From assembly GCF_018350175.1 (NCBI RefSeq), contig NC_058368.1:95730001-95794000 (forward strand): a stretch of 64,000 nt of DNA. The letters run 5' to 3'. The notes beneath the pieces were generated by a model, which searched no databases, was not told the DNA's origin, and saw nothing but the letters and a program-made list of their open reading frames with translations. This DNA is from Felis catus (Eukaryota). A program made the translations under genes and the position numbers. Position 1 is the first letter of the stretch. Every line of letters starts with the position of its first letter. Below are positions 50,847-62,521 of the stretch, in pieces.

Positions 50847-51860
50847 TCCAGTGTAATATTTTTTAATGGCCAATATATTAAAAAAAGCCAAACCCCCCTG
50901 CCTTCCACCCCACAACTTGAGCTCTTACCCACCCTCTGTCACGACTGATATGGAGTAAACTGTTAACCTTGAATTCTCTAAACATCCATCCTTCCTCACT
51001 TGTCTTCCCGCCTTGCCTGGCGGAGGCATTCGAGTGAATGATGAGAAGGACCAAATCTGAAGGGTCAGGAAACCAAATTACCCAGAGTTGTTGGCTGTCA
51101 TAGGTCACCAACCGCAGCATTACAGAGTGGATCTTTCTAAATTCTCAGACAGGTGTCGGGGCTGCTGACTATTTATGTCATGCAGTGTTCTTGTCCCTTG
51201 ATTTATAAAGTCAGTTTTTAAAACAGAGTTTTAGGTGGAAGTCCTATTTCTTCAGCTTAAGTGCTGTCATCTCAATGAGTGGTGATGTGGAAGGACCCAC
51301 CAGAGACCGGTTGATTACTTGGTGATGGCCAAAACTTAGGAAGGAGGGCCCAGCTAAGGAGGAGTTAAAATCCCAGGCTTCTGTGTTATAACACTCAGCG
51401 TGTGCTCATGAGTGCAAAGAAGCGTAGTAGGAAAGATGTGCATATTGTTTTTGTTTTTCCCAGTGTGTAAATCATTTAAGTGGAAAGTTAATTGTCGCCT
51501 GCCTTTTTTGAAACTTTAAAGAGTGAGTGGTTTCAGCACAGAAAACTACAATAAAAAAACATTTAAAAAAAAAACCCAATGTCCCCGTCCAAGTGATATA
51601 AATTGGCATGATATTTATGCCTGTTTTTATGTATATCTCTAAATACCTATGCTAAGAATAGGTAAACCATACAGAGGGGTGATATGTGAAGAGAGAGGCC
51701 TCTTTTCTTACACCCTGAAGCCCCCTTTACAAAGATACCCACTGGTAATCATTCCTTATAATCCCTTCTAGGAAAAAAAAAATATTTGTGAATTTGAAAA
51801 ATAAGTAAACAAGCTTCATTTTTCTGCTCCTGAATGTTTATGTTTATTAAAATACCACAC

Positions 51861-52084
51861 GGCACCTGGATGGCTCAATTGGTTGGTCCGACTCTTGGTT
51901 TTGGCTCAGATCATGATCTTGGAGTTCATGGGTTGGAGCCCCATGTTGGGCTCTGTGCTGACAGTATGGACCCTGCTTGGGATTCTCTCTCCCTCTCTCA
52001 CTGCCTCTCCCCTGCTCTCTTTCTCTGTCTCTTTCTCACACTAAATAAATAAATAAACTTATTTAAAAAAAAGAAAAAAGAAAA
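51861..52084 (+). mobile_element. CanSINE
   Basis: GGCACCTGGATGGCTCAATTGG head, A tail. Confidence 0.9.
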
Positions 52085-52104
52085 TGCCAGAAATTTTCCA
52101 TGTT

Positions 52105-52225
52105 GGAGCACTCACTTGATTGGCTCAGGCGGTGAAGCATGCAACTCTTGATCTCGGGGTTGTGAGTTCAGGTCCCATGTTGGTTGTAGAGATTACTTCC
52201 AAATAAATTCTTAGAAAAAAATAAT
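52105..52225 (+). mobile_element. Short old-type CanSINE (SINEC_old-like)
   Basis: GGCTCAGGCGGTGAAGCATGCAACTCTTGATCTCGGGGTTGTGAGTTC...GTAGAGATTAC, no CT tract. Confidence 0.8.
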
Positions 52226-52249
52226 TAAACAAACACCTCCCATATTAAT

Positions 52250-52890
52250 AAATAGAAATGTACCTCAATCTTTTAAATGTCTGCATATTTTTTCTTTAGT
52301 TCAGATATTTCATAATAGATTAGTATCATATATGTGGTTTATATGATTTACATATATCATACATTTTTAGGTTGTCTGTAGCTTTTTGTCTTTTTCCTTG
52401 GCAAAATATGCTGTGAGGAATATCCTTTCACTTCTATCTTGAAATAATTGTGTATGTAATTGGGTGTGATGCTGCGTGCCTGTTAACATCTAATAGATAT
52501 TGTCAAATTGCTTTACCAAAAGTGTACAATTTAATTTCCACCCAGAACGCAGAAAATTGCCTGTTTTTGTACAACTTGTTAGCCTTAAACATTGTAACTT
52601 AATGTGTCATTCTGATGGTTGAAAAGAATCATCTTATTTTAGTTTCGTGTAATAATGCCATGGACCACATTTTAAAACATTTTTTGGCTTACGTTTATCT
52701 TTGTCCTGTAAAATGTCTTCTCTAATTTTCACTATCTTTCCCCCTTTTGGTGTTATCCATATTTCCCTTACTCATTTTTATGGGCTTTTTGTCAACTAAA
52801 GAAATTGAGCAATGTCATAAAGCATTGCTGATATTTTTTTTCCAGCTTCTCAATTAATCTTTTTATTGTATTTGGTTTTACAATACAACT
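52250..52890 (-). mobile_element. Old L1 remnant
   Basis: TAATAGATATTGTCAAATTGCTTTACCAAAAGTGTACAATTTAATTTCCACC. Confidence 0.55.
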
Positions 52891-52929
52891 TATTGTATTG
52901 TTTTTATTGTATATGTAAGATACTTATTT

Positions 52930-53075
52930 TACAGATTAAAAAAGCTGAGGTACACTGCAATATAATGGATATACCAAAAAACTGGACATATTCAGTGTAT
53001 ATGATTTGATGAGTTTAGACATAGGCATGTACCCATGAAACCATCTCCACAATCAAGGTGATAAACAGACCTGTA
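52930..53075 (-). mobile_element. L1MB-type 3' end fragment
   Basis: GTGTATATGATTTGATGAGTTTAGACATAGGCATGTACCCATGAAACCATCTCCACAATCAAG. Confidence 0.65.
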
Positions 53076-53139
53076 ATCCATTTAGGAAAAAAAAACCTTT
53101 ATTCAAAAATATTAAATCAACTCAGTTTTTAATAGAACT

Positions 53140-53561
53140 CCCTATTCGTTCCCCAGGGCCACCATAACAAGCCATAAACTTGGAGGCCTAAGCCAACAGA
53201 AATCAGGGGTCTAGACATCTGAAATGAAGTTGTTGGCTGGGCTTTGCCTTCCCTACAGCATCCTTATAGTTGTTGGTTCCAGCTTCTGATGATTTCCAGA
53301 CAATCCTTGATGTTCTTGGCTTGTAGAGATACCACTCTAATCTCTGCGTCCTTCCTTCCCATGCCACTCTTGCGGTGTGTCTGCCTGTGCCTTTATTTTT
53401 TCTCATCTAAAACACCAGTCACTGGATAGGACCCACCCTAATCGAGTATGACCTCATCTTGATTTAACTGTATCTGCAAAGACCTTATTTTCATACAAGG
53501 TTGAAGTCTGACATTCTGGGTGCACATGGAATTTTGAGGGGATGCTCTTCATCCCAATACA
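53140..53561 (-). mobile_element. MLT1B/C-like solo LTR (ERVL-MaLR)
   Basis: GGACCCACCCTAATCGAGTATGACCTCATCTTG...TCTGCAAAGACCTTATTTTC...CATCCCAATACA. Confidence 0.85.
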
Positions 53562-53614
53562 AACTCTCACTTTACTTTTCTCATTTTAGTTCTTGAACAC
53601 ATTGTTTCAGTCTA

Positions 53615-53995
53615 AGACCGTGTTTTTCAAACTTTATCATACTTCTGGGGCACCTGGGTGGCCCAGTCGGTTAAGAGTCCAACTCTTGATTTCAGCTCAG
53701 GTCATGATTCCAGAGTCGTGGGACCAAGACCTGTGTCGGGCTCCATGCTGAGAGTGTGGAGCCTGCTGGAGACTTTCTCTCTCTCCCTCTCTATCTGGCC
53801 CTCTTCTCTGCTTGTGTCTGTGTGAACACACACACTATCTGTCTCTCTCAAAATAAATAAATATTTATAAAAAAAACTATCATACTTCAGAATCACCTTG
53901 AGTATTTTTGAAAATATAGATAGTCAAATCTCAACTGCAGAATTTGTGATTCTGAATAGAAGTTTGAGGTCGCTGCTGGTCTGTTCCCACTTGGG
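53615..53995. mobile_element. MER5-like relic split by a SINE
   Basis: GTGTTTTTCAAACTTTA...CAGAATCACCTTGAG...GATTCTGAATAG. Confidence 0.5.
53647..53877 (+). mobile_element. CanSINE
   Basis: TSD TATCATACTTC. Confidence 0.93.
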
Positions 53996-54000
53996 TAACT

Positions 54001-54360
54001 TGTTATGGGCTGAACTGGGTCCTTCCAAAATTCATGTGTTGAAATTGTAAACCCCCCCCCCCCCCCCACCTCCCTGCCCAGGCTTCAGAATATTTGGTGA
54101 TAGGACCTTTAAAAGAAGTAATTAAAAGGACATCTGGGTGGCTTAGTTACTTAAATGTCTGACTCCTGATTTTGGCTCAGGTCATGATTTCACAGTTGTG
54201 AGACTGAGCCCCACATTAGTGTAGAGGCTGCTTAAGAGTTTCCCTTCCCTCTGCCCTCCCCACTCACACACCTGTGCACTCTCTTTCTTTCCCTCTCTTG
54301 CTCTCTCTTAAAAGAAAGTAATTAAGGTAAAATGAAGTCATTAAGGTGAGCTCTAATAAC
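54001..54360 (+). mobile_element. MLT1A/B-like LTR 5' part split by a SINE
   Basis: TGTTATGGGCTGAACTGGGTCCTTCCAAAATTCATGTGTTGAA...TAATTAAGGTAAAATGAAGTCATTAAGGTG. Confidence 0.75.
54128..54314 (+). mobile_element. CanSINE
   Basis: TSD AAGTAATTAA. Confidence 0.88.
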
Positions 54361-54369
54361 AGGAGATTA

Positions 54370-54735
54370 CTTATCTCTTTTTTCATAATAGACATCCTAA
54401 CAAGTATGGGGTGATAACTCATTGTGGTTTTGATTTGCATTTCCCTGGTGATTAGTGATGTCGAGCACCTTTTTACATACTTTTGGCCGTTTGTATGTCT
54501 TGTTGGAAAAAAATAGCTGTTAAGGTCCTTTGCCCATTTTTAATTGGAGTATCTGCAGGGTTTTATTTGCCATCAAAATGTGTGAGTTCTTTCTTTATTT
54601 TAGATATTAATTCATTATCAAATATATGGTTTGCAAACGCCATTCTACTGATTGCCTTTTCAGTTGATTGACAGTTTCCTTTGTTGTGCAGAAGCTTTTT
54701 ACAAGTTTGCTACAGTCCCACTTGTTTATCTTTGT
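54370..54735 (-). mobile_element. L1 ORF2 3' fragment
   Basis: CTCATTGTGGTTTTGATTTGCATTTCCCTGGTGATTAGTGATGTCGAGCAC. Confidence 0.88.
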
Positions 54736-54765
54736 TGCCAAGATGAGTTAAAAAATGTTGTGGAG

Positions 54766-54990
54766 GGGGGCACCTGGGTGGTTCAGTCAGCTAAGTGTCC
54801 AACTCTTGATTTAGGCTCAGGTCATGATCTCAGCGTTCATGGGTTCGAGCCCTGCGTCAGGCTCTGTGCTGACAGCTGGGAGCCTGGAGCCTGCTTAGGA
54901 TTCTGTGTCTCCCTCTCTCTCTGCCCCTCCCCCACTTGCTCTCTCTCTCCCTCTCTCTCTCTCAAAAATAAATAAACATTAAAGAAATTG
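54766..54990 (+). mobile_element. CanSINE
   Basis: GGGGGCACCTGGGTGGTTCAG head, CT tract, tail. Confidence 0.93.
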
Positions 54991-55189
54991 AGGAAAAGAT
55001 GCTGTTTACACAGCTCATTATGGCAGCCTATTATCCAGATAGCAATGAGTAGTTATTCTCTGTCCTACATTTACCCAGTGGTTTGCAGTACCATCATTAT
55101 AGTTGACCCAAGTCCCATATTTATTAGAATACATCTTGGTCTCTCTTAGGGTATACTGAACCACTTTTTACTTCTAGAGCTCCAAAGTG

Positions 55190-55424
55190 TTTTATTTTTT
55201 TTTATTTAAAAAAAAATTTTTTTTAACGTTTATTTATTTTTGAGACAGAGAGAGACAGAGCATGAACGGGGGAGGGTCAGAGAGAGGGAGACACAGAATC
55301 CGAAACAGGCTCCAGGCTCCGAGCTGTCAGCACAGAGCCCGACGCGGGGCTTGAACTCAGGGACCGTGAGATCGCGACCTGAGCCGAAGTCGGCCGCTCA
55401 ACCGACTGAGCCACCCAGGCGCCC
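55190..55424 (-). mobile_element. Young felid CanSINE
   Basis: CpG-rich near-consensus body; perfect TSD GCTCCAAAGTGTTTTA. Confidence 0.96.
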
Positions 55425-56040
55425 TGCTCCAAAGTGTTTTAATATGCTGATATCATATGGGTTTAATATGTTAATACATCGAATGTTTTAATATTTGTCG
55501 ATATTTGAATATCTAGCAGGATTAGTCCCTTGTCACCAGCCTTTTTTTCCTCAGAGCTGTTTTCAAAATTTCCTGTTATTCACCTGGGAACTTGGTAACG
55601 TTTTGCCCTATGTTATTTAATTTTAATCACATTTCATTTACATATTAGTTTGGAGTGAATTACAGCTTTTATAGTCTCCCTAGCCAAGAACACATGATGT
55701 CTCCATTTATTTAAATAGAATTTGTCATTTAGTGTATTTTCTACTTTTCTCCACGTCTCTTTACACGTTGCTATCTTCATTTCAGTGTGTTGTATTTTGT
55801 GTGTGTGTGTGGGGGGGTGTGACCTTGTAAATGAGGTATTACTTTCTATTAGTGCTCATGTGGTCGATTTTTGGATATGAATATGGTGACATTTTAATAA
55901 CTCCTATTTTTTTCTCATGTTTTTTTCAGTTGACGTCTAAGTTGGTTAGGTAGGCAATTGTATCATCTTAGAAGTCTGTGTCCTCCAATTCGCTATTCGT
56001 CAACTGCAACATTTTCTCTTGTCAGTTAGCGCCGGCTACC

Positions 56041-56520
56041 TGTATCAGTCAGGGTTCTTGGGTCAAGCAGAAGCTACCGATCATGGTTCCATGAATCCGA
56101 GGAGGGGTTTAGACAGCCAATTAAATGGAAGACGAGCAGAGGACTGCCAGCATAGAGCCAAAGCAAAATCATGTCATGCAATCCTCTTGGTGAGAGCCTC
56201 TTGCTGCCGCTGGATGGGAACGCCATGGCTTGAAACGTCAGTATCACCAAGAGCTTGGCACAGCACCTCACGGCTGAGAGTGGCCAGCCTGCTGTGGCTC
56301 GCTGCTTCATTTTCCACTCCTTGCATTCTTTTCCACTTTCCTTGGTTCTGTGCACGGCGTGCTCCTGCCAAGGTCATTTGCCTGTTTCCTATTGGTCAGG
56401 AGGACTAGCTAAGCCAGGAACTGGCTCTGGCGGTCCTGTCAGCTGTGTGTCATCAGATTCTGGGGAACTGAAACAAGTGTCAGGTGCCTGGGAAGTTCGT
56501 ACTGCTGGATTGGTGCTTGC
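56041..56520 (-). mobile_element. Possible old MLT1-type LTR
   Basis: Begins TGTATCAGTCAGGGTTCTTGG, like old MaLR LTR ends; interior very diverged. Confidence 0.4.
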
Positions 56521-56594
56521 TAATTGTGGTAACAAGGGGGGTGGTGGTGGTGGGAGGGTTAGAACTGCTTTACCCTTTGTTGTTATTTATGTGT

Positions 56595-56835
56595 TTTTTC
56601 TTTTTTCCTTCTTTTTTTGAAGTCTATTTATTTTAAGAGAGAGAGGGAGAGGGAGAGAGAGAAAGTTCACAAGCAGGAGGAGAGAGAGAGAGAGGGAGAG
56701 AGAGAATCCCAAGCGGGCTCCCCACTGTCAGCACAGAGCCCAGTGAGGGGGCTTGAAGCAATGAACTGTGAGATCATGGCCTGAGCTGAAATCAAGAGTC
56801 GGTCACTTAACCAACTGAGGCACCCAGGTGCACCT
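56595..56835 (-). mobile_element. CanSINE
   Basis: T tail, GA tract, head CTGAGGCACCCAGGTGCACC. Confidence 0.9.
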
Positions 56836-56959
56836 ATTTGTTTTTTTTCTTGACTTGAATAGAATAGTCTTCTTTCACCATGAAACATCATGCTATCGTT
56901 GGTTGAAATAATTATTTTTAGGGTGCTAAGGATATAGTTTTTTTTTCTTTGGGGTATCC

Positions 56960-57097
56960 TTATTTATTTATTTTATAATTTTTAAGCTTATTTATTTATT
57001 TTTAGAGAAAGACAGAGCACGAGGGGGAAGGGGTAGAGGGAGGGAGGGAGGGAGAGAGACAGAGAGGGAGAGAATCCCAAGCAGGTGCCACATCCAA
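56960..57097 (-). mobile_element. 5'-truncated CanSINE
   Basis: Tail and GA tract to GAGAATCCCAAGCAGG; no tRNA-derived head. Confidence 0.8.
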
Positions 57098-57649
57098 CAC
57101 ATGAGTAGCCCACCCTTGTGAGGCAAAAATGAAAGCCTTATTCAGTCCTTTATATACGTGGGACAGGTCACTTTGGCCTCTCAAATGTGTCTCGCTACTT
57201 CTCAGACTTCTGTTTCCTCTTCCTGTATTGTCCTGTCTAGTGTACCGTTCAGGTTCTTCTTCAGTAATGCATGAATATCATTTCCATCAACCCATAGTCT
57301 AGAAGACCCTACATCAGGAAACTTCCATGACTTACCTTGAAGCTCATGCAGTGTATATTACTGCCTTGGAGAATATTAACCTTTTCCTGTTTTCTAGGTG
57401 TGCATTTTCATATTTGCTTCGTCTCCGCCACGCTTAGAGTAGAATCTCTATTCTTGTGTTGCGTCCCTTCCGTTGCCTCATATAAAGCGATCTCTCTTGT
57501 CCGTACTTGGCAAACGTTTCAAGAAGAAGGAATAGTTGGTTTATCTCCTGTCTTCCCCATGGACTTGGCCCTCTCACTAGCTATACAGTGAAGGCCCTGA
57601 GTGAATTGTCCGTTTTGTGCAGATTGATATAGTTAAATATAAAAATTGT

Positions 57650-57679
57650 GTATTTATTTATTTAACTGTTTATTTCTTT

Positions 57680-57710
<31 letters not shown>

Positions 57711-57965
57711 AGAGAGCATGTGCAGGGAAGGACAGAGAGAGAGGGAGACAGAGAATCCCAAGCAGGCTCTGCGCAGTCAGCACAGAGCCTGACAAGGGGC
57801 TTGAACCCACGAACTGTGAGATCATAACCTCTGTGCTGAGATCATAACCTCTGTGCTGACTGCGCAGAGCCTGACAAGGGGCTTGAACCCACGAACTGTG
57901 AGATCATAACCTGAGCTGAAATCAAGAGTCCAACACTTAACCAACTGAGCCACCCAGGTGCCCCC
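57650..57965 (-). mobile_element. CanSINE with an internal 82-bp complex duplication/inversion
   Basis: Repeated 48-bp block at 57783-57830 and 57865-57912; see findings. Confidence 0.93.
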
Positions 57966-58377
57966 CATAATTCTGTATTTAAATAGAACCCTTGTACAGA
58001 CCTTTCCATTCCTTAAATTTGCCTGTATGTTATAACAAGTAAAGAGTTCCATGAAGGTGATTTTTTTTATCTGAAATGTTTGTTTGGGAGAAGCTTTACA
58101 GCTTGTAAAGCAATTGTTAATCTGTTGACTTTTACCCTCATAGCCCCATGTAGGATTTGGAGTAAGACAGCACAGCCAGAGGAATTGAGTTAGGACTATG
58201 TAACCTTAAGTTACAATGTTTTCTTAATCACTCTATGTTAGGTCCTAGTTTATGCTTTTGTTTACTTTATTGTATTTATTTATAAATTAACTTGAAACTC
58301 CCCAAATTACAGTACTCATTAGATTGATGTGCCATCCCAAATTTTTATCTCTGTTAGTAAAATAAGTAAATAAATAA

Positions 58378-58414
58378 ATCCATCCATCCATCCATCCATC
58401 CATCCATCCATCCA
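58378..58414. repeat. (ATCC)n microsatellite
   Basis: Visible ATCC array. Confidence 0.95.
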
Positions 58415-59829
58415 AGATTGGTTCAGAAAATTTGGCATTTACACCGGACCATACTGACTTTCGTGGGATTAATAATTCATACATTTTATCACATTTGGGG
58501 CATTTCACTAAGTCCATTATACCTGTATTTTCTGTGCGGTCAGTAAATTTTGGAGCTCTTAAAACCCAGGAAGTGAAATATAGGTTTGAAAAGCCCTAAC
58601 ACCATCAATACATTAATATTTATGTAGCTCTTTTCATGACACACATTCTAAAATGCTCTCCCCATAAAGTAAAATGAAATAAAGCATGAAGAGAATGTGG
58701 ATGATTACAAGTCAAAAGGTCACTGTAAAAGGCAAATCAAATGAGTTGGGCCAAGTGATTGACTAGTTTGCACAAAAGACAGCATCTCTGCTTAGGCTGA
58801 GCTCACATCTGGAAAACCAGAAAATTAGAAGTGGCTTTCAGCCATCAGTGCAGCATCGTGATGAACAAGTCAAACTCAGCAAAACGTTCCCACTCAACCC
58901 GATTACACGTGACTATTCCTATTAGACCATAAATGAGGAGGCCTGCAGCCCGTGGGACCATTTTCATAACTCTATTAATAGGACATTGCATTTCTAAATG
59001 TAAATAAGGGTAAATAAGCTGATAAAACGCAGTCATAAAGGCATCTTTAATTTATTGTGGGGTATTCTTTTCTTCACACATCACAGAAGCAAATTATTGA
59101 TATAAATTATGCTAATTTCTTTCTGTGATGAGGTCATTCATGAGTGAAGCATAAATCTGGAGGACAAATGCCCTTTAATGCATACCTATTGCTTCTCTAA
59201 TTGTGGGTTGTCTCCACCTAATTTCCTCTAAAAATGAATGGTTCTGTGGAAAGATATTCTTCAATGTAAGATGTTTTTAGTTCTAATGGGACTAGAAATG
59301 TTGAAAAAGGCAGGAAAACTAGTGGGGTAGTAGCCCAGGATGCAGCTGAAGTACACAGTTTCAAAGCCACAGGAATGGAAGAGGCTAGAAAGTCATATAA
59401 TCCTAACGTATTGTCTCTGGCACATTTCAGACGCCTAAAGGTCATGCAAGGGCTATGAGAAGCAATTTCTTTTTTTCTAGGTTCGACTCCATCATCCTTG
59501 AAATAAAATTACTCTCATCGTAGGCTACTGATTTTTTTTTCCATCGGATCTAAGAAGTCCTAGAAAAAAGGTGACTGATAACCATTTATTGTAGCTACGT
59601 ATTCATTTATCTTAGGGGACTAGGAATGAGAACCAAGAGTGATCATCCCACTTTATGATTCTGTCATATTCCGCTAAGGGTCAATGTTTTTCTGATGTAA
59701 TCGTACATTTTAGCCATAAAATCCTTTTGGCTTAATTATCTCCCTCTCTTGGGGCCAACATTCCTTAAATGAAAAGAATACTCATAAGTCATTCTTTCCT
59801 GATTAAAATAGGCTTCATTCCCAGTATAT

Positions 59830-60505
59830 TGTCCTTGCAGTGATTCCCCGTTCCATGGAGAATTCCATTGGCTGGCTCTAACACTTCAAAGGTTTAGAAG
59901 AAAAACTACTCTCTGATCTGACCCCTTTGTGACTTTCCAGCCTCCAGTCATACAACTCATTTACTCTCAAGTTATGTTCCCATCATGTAACACTGATGGA
60001 GTTCTATGGCTTTTCCCTGTGGTTCCTCACTGGGTTCATCTGTTTCCTGCCTGAAATCCTTGCATTGTCTTCCTGTTCCCCCACCTAACTCTTAATTACC
60101 CTTTAAGAGTTAATTGAGGCGTCACCTCTTCCAGAGATATTCTATGATATTTTGTCCCTTTCTCCCTGTGCTTCTATCATTGTTATGACAACTGAGTCAC
60201 AAAAGGTGAGCTTTTTTTGTTGTTGTTCATTTGTTCATTTATTTATTTAGAGTGAGAAAGAGCTCGAGAAAAGATAGAATCCCAGAAAGGCTCTGCACTG
60301 TCAGTGCAGGGCCTGATGTGTTTCTCGAATCCACGATCTGTGAGATCATCACCTGAACTGAAGTGAGAAGCTTAACCTACTGAGCCACCCAGGCACCCAC
60401 AGAATGTGAGCTTTTGATAACAGAGACTTGGGTGAATTTACCTTTGCATTCTCCACACCCATCAGAGTTGGTGAAATTTAATAGAAGCTCAATAATCATT
60501 TGAAC
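59830..60505 (+). mobile_element. L2 3' region split by a SINE
   Basis: GTCACCTCTTCCAGAGA, GTGAGCTTTTGATAACAGAGAC, ATAGAAGCTCAATAATCATTTGAA. Confidence 0.65.
60212..60398 (-). mobile_element. CanSINE
   Basis: TSD GTGAGCTTTT. Confidence 0.88.
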
Positions 60506-61272
60506 GCATTGATGTCACCAGGCAGAAAAGTTTACTTTCTTACAATTGCTGTACTGGAAAATTCATTGCCTGAGAGTCACCTTTCCAAAGACACCCGTTC
60601 CCTTCTTATAAAGAACCACCTATAACTAATAGCATTGCCAGATCTTTGTATCTGGCCCCTAAAATTGAAAGGCATTCCGGTTTCTGCCCTAACAGTGTTT
60701 ATATTAGAACCATTAGATAACCCCAGAGGCTATTTGAGAATTAAATTAAGAAGCAAAACAAAACAAAATAAAATCTTGGGAACAATAAATCTACGCAAGA
60801 CATTCGAATTTGGCTGAAAGGTCTGTTCATGCCCTGAAATGTATGGTTCCCACGCAACCTTTTTGCTGGATTTTTGTAATACTTGCTTATCAATCCTGAA
60901 TGTAGCTAAGCTTCCTTCTTAGTTGGGTATACCTTTATGTATCCAAAATTACAGACTTCCTAGCTTCACATCTATGCCTTCTGAAACACTTACTTGATAC
61001 GCCACAGGCTTGAGTTTTTCAGGCAAGTTTCTACAAAAGAAGCATTGTTGAACACGGCGTTCCATTATTGACTGTTTTATACCTTACCAACTTGAGTAGT
61101 TGTTTGTATTTATGTGATTGTTCACAGCTCTTGTTGACTTCCATAGTCTTTCAGTCAGGAATAAAACTAGATCGGGGCAAAGACCTTGGGTTGATGATGT
61201 TCGTTGAAAACTTGCATTAGCTTGGACTGCAGTGTTTTTTCACACCTGGAGTCCTGAATCACATGTATCCAA

Positions 61273-61466
61273 GGGGTGCCTGGGGGGCTCAGTCAGTTGA
61301 GCCTCTGACTCTTGATTTTGGCCCAGGGCATGATCTTGTGGGCTTGTGAGTTGGAGCCCCGCATCTGGGTCCACACTGACAAGACAGAGCCTGCTTGAGA
61401 TCCTCTCTCTTCTCTCTCTGCCCCTCCCTCCCTCTCCCTCTCAATAACTAAAAATTAAAAAAAAAA
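61273..61466 (+). mobile_element. CanSINE
   Basis: GGGGTGCCTGGGGGGCTCAG head, A tail. Confidence 0.9.
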
Positions 61467-61644
61467 GTATCATTAATCTAGAAAGACTCTTATCTAATAA
61501 TTATTTTCAGTGGAGTGAGTTAATGTCTTATTTGGGCACAAATTTATCATTCAGTAAGTATTTGTTGACAGTGCACAATGTATGCCAAACTGTTGTAGTT
61601 GTGGAAGAATGTAAAGGTGAAACTGAATTAAGAAGTTTAGGGTT

Positions 61645-61860
61645 GGGGCGCCTGGATGGCTCAGTCGGTTGAGTGTCCGACTTCGGCTCAGTCATGATCT
61701 CGTGGTCCGTGAGTTCGAGCCCCGCGTCGGGCTCTGTGCTGACAGCTCAGAGCCTGGAGCCTGCTTCACATTCTGTGTCTCCCTCTTTCTCTCTGTCTGT
61801 CCCCTGCTCAAGTTCTCTCTCTCTCTCAAAATTAAAAATAAAATAAATAAATAAATAAAG
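61645..61860 (+). mobile_element. CanSINE
   Basis: TSD AAGAAGTTTAGG. Confidence 0.94.
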
Positions 61861-62327
61861 AAGTTTAGGTGTTTTCCCAGTTTAGGCCTGTCAGAATAAA
61901 CAACTTAATATTTACAAAAAAGATGATGCCCTCACCATCCCCCACCCCCCACCCCAGACACATACTCTAAAATATTGGAAGCCAAGCCTTTTCGTCTGTA
62001 GAGATGGAAAGGTTGTAATACCAGACTGGAAATGGTCTTCATAGTCAAAGGGATCACATATCACCTCTTCCAAAACTGAGGTCTCACGTTTGTTTCAACA
62101 GGCATCCAGTTTCTAACTGGTCTATAAATAATAACACTGCTCGGTGACAGGTTATTTCATCCAGTTGATGACTACGGACCAGCTTGTGGCAATTTTATCT
62201 TTCTAGGGCATAGCAGGAAATTACCCCTCAAGAGGCTCTAGACCTCAAATGGATGCTTTGTAGATATTTGATTTATTATTTAATGGGCAAGGTAGACTGC
62301 TGAAGTTGCTTTAGGATTTAAAAAAAA

Positions 62328-62521
62328 TTTTATTAAGTTTACTTACTTATTTTGAGACAGAGAGAGCACAAGCAGAGGAGGGGCAGAGAGAGGGAGAGAC
62401 AGAATTTCAAACAGGCTCTGCGCTGATGGTGCAGAGGCAGGGCTCGACCTCAAGAACCGTGAGGTCATGACCTGGGCCGAGCTCAAGAGTTGGACGCTTA
62501 ACTGCACCACCCAGGTGCCCC
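62328..62521 (-). mobile_element. CanSINE
   Basis: TSD GAAGTTGC(T/C)TTAGGATTT. Confidence 0.92.
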
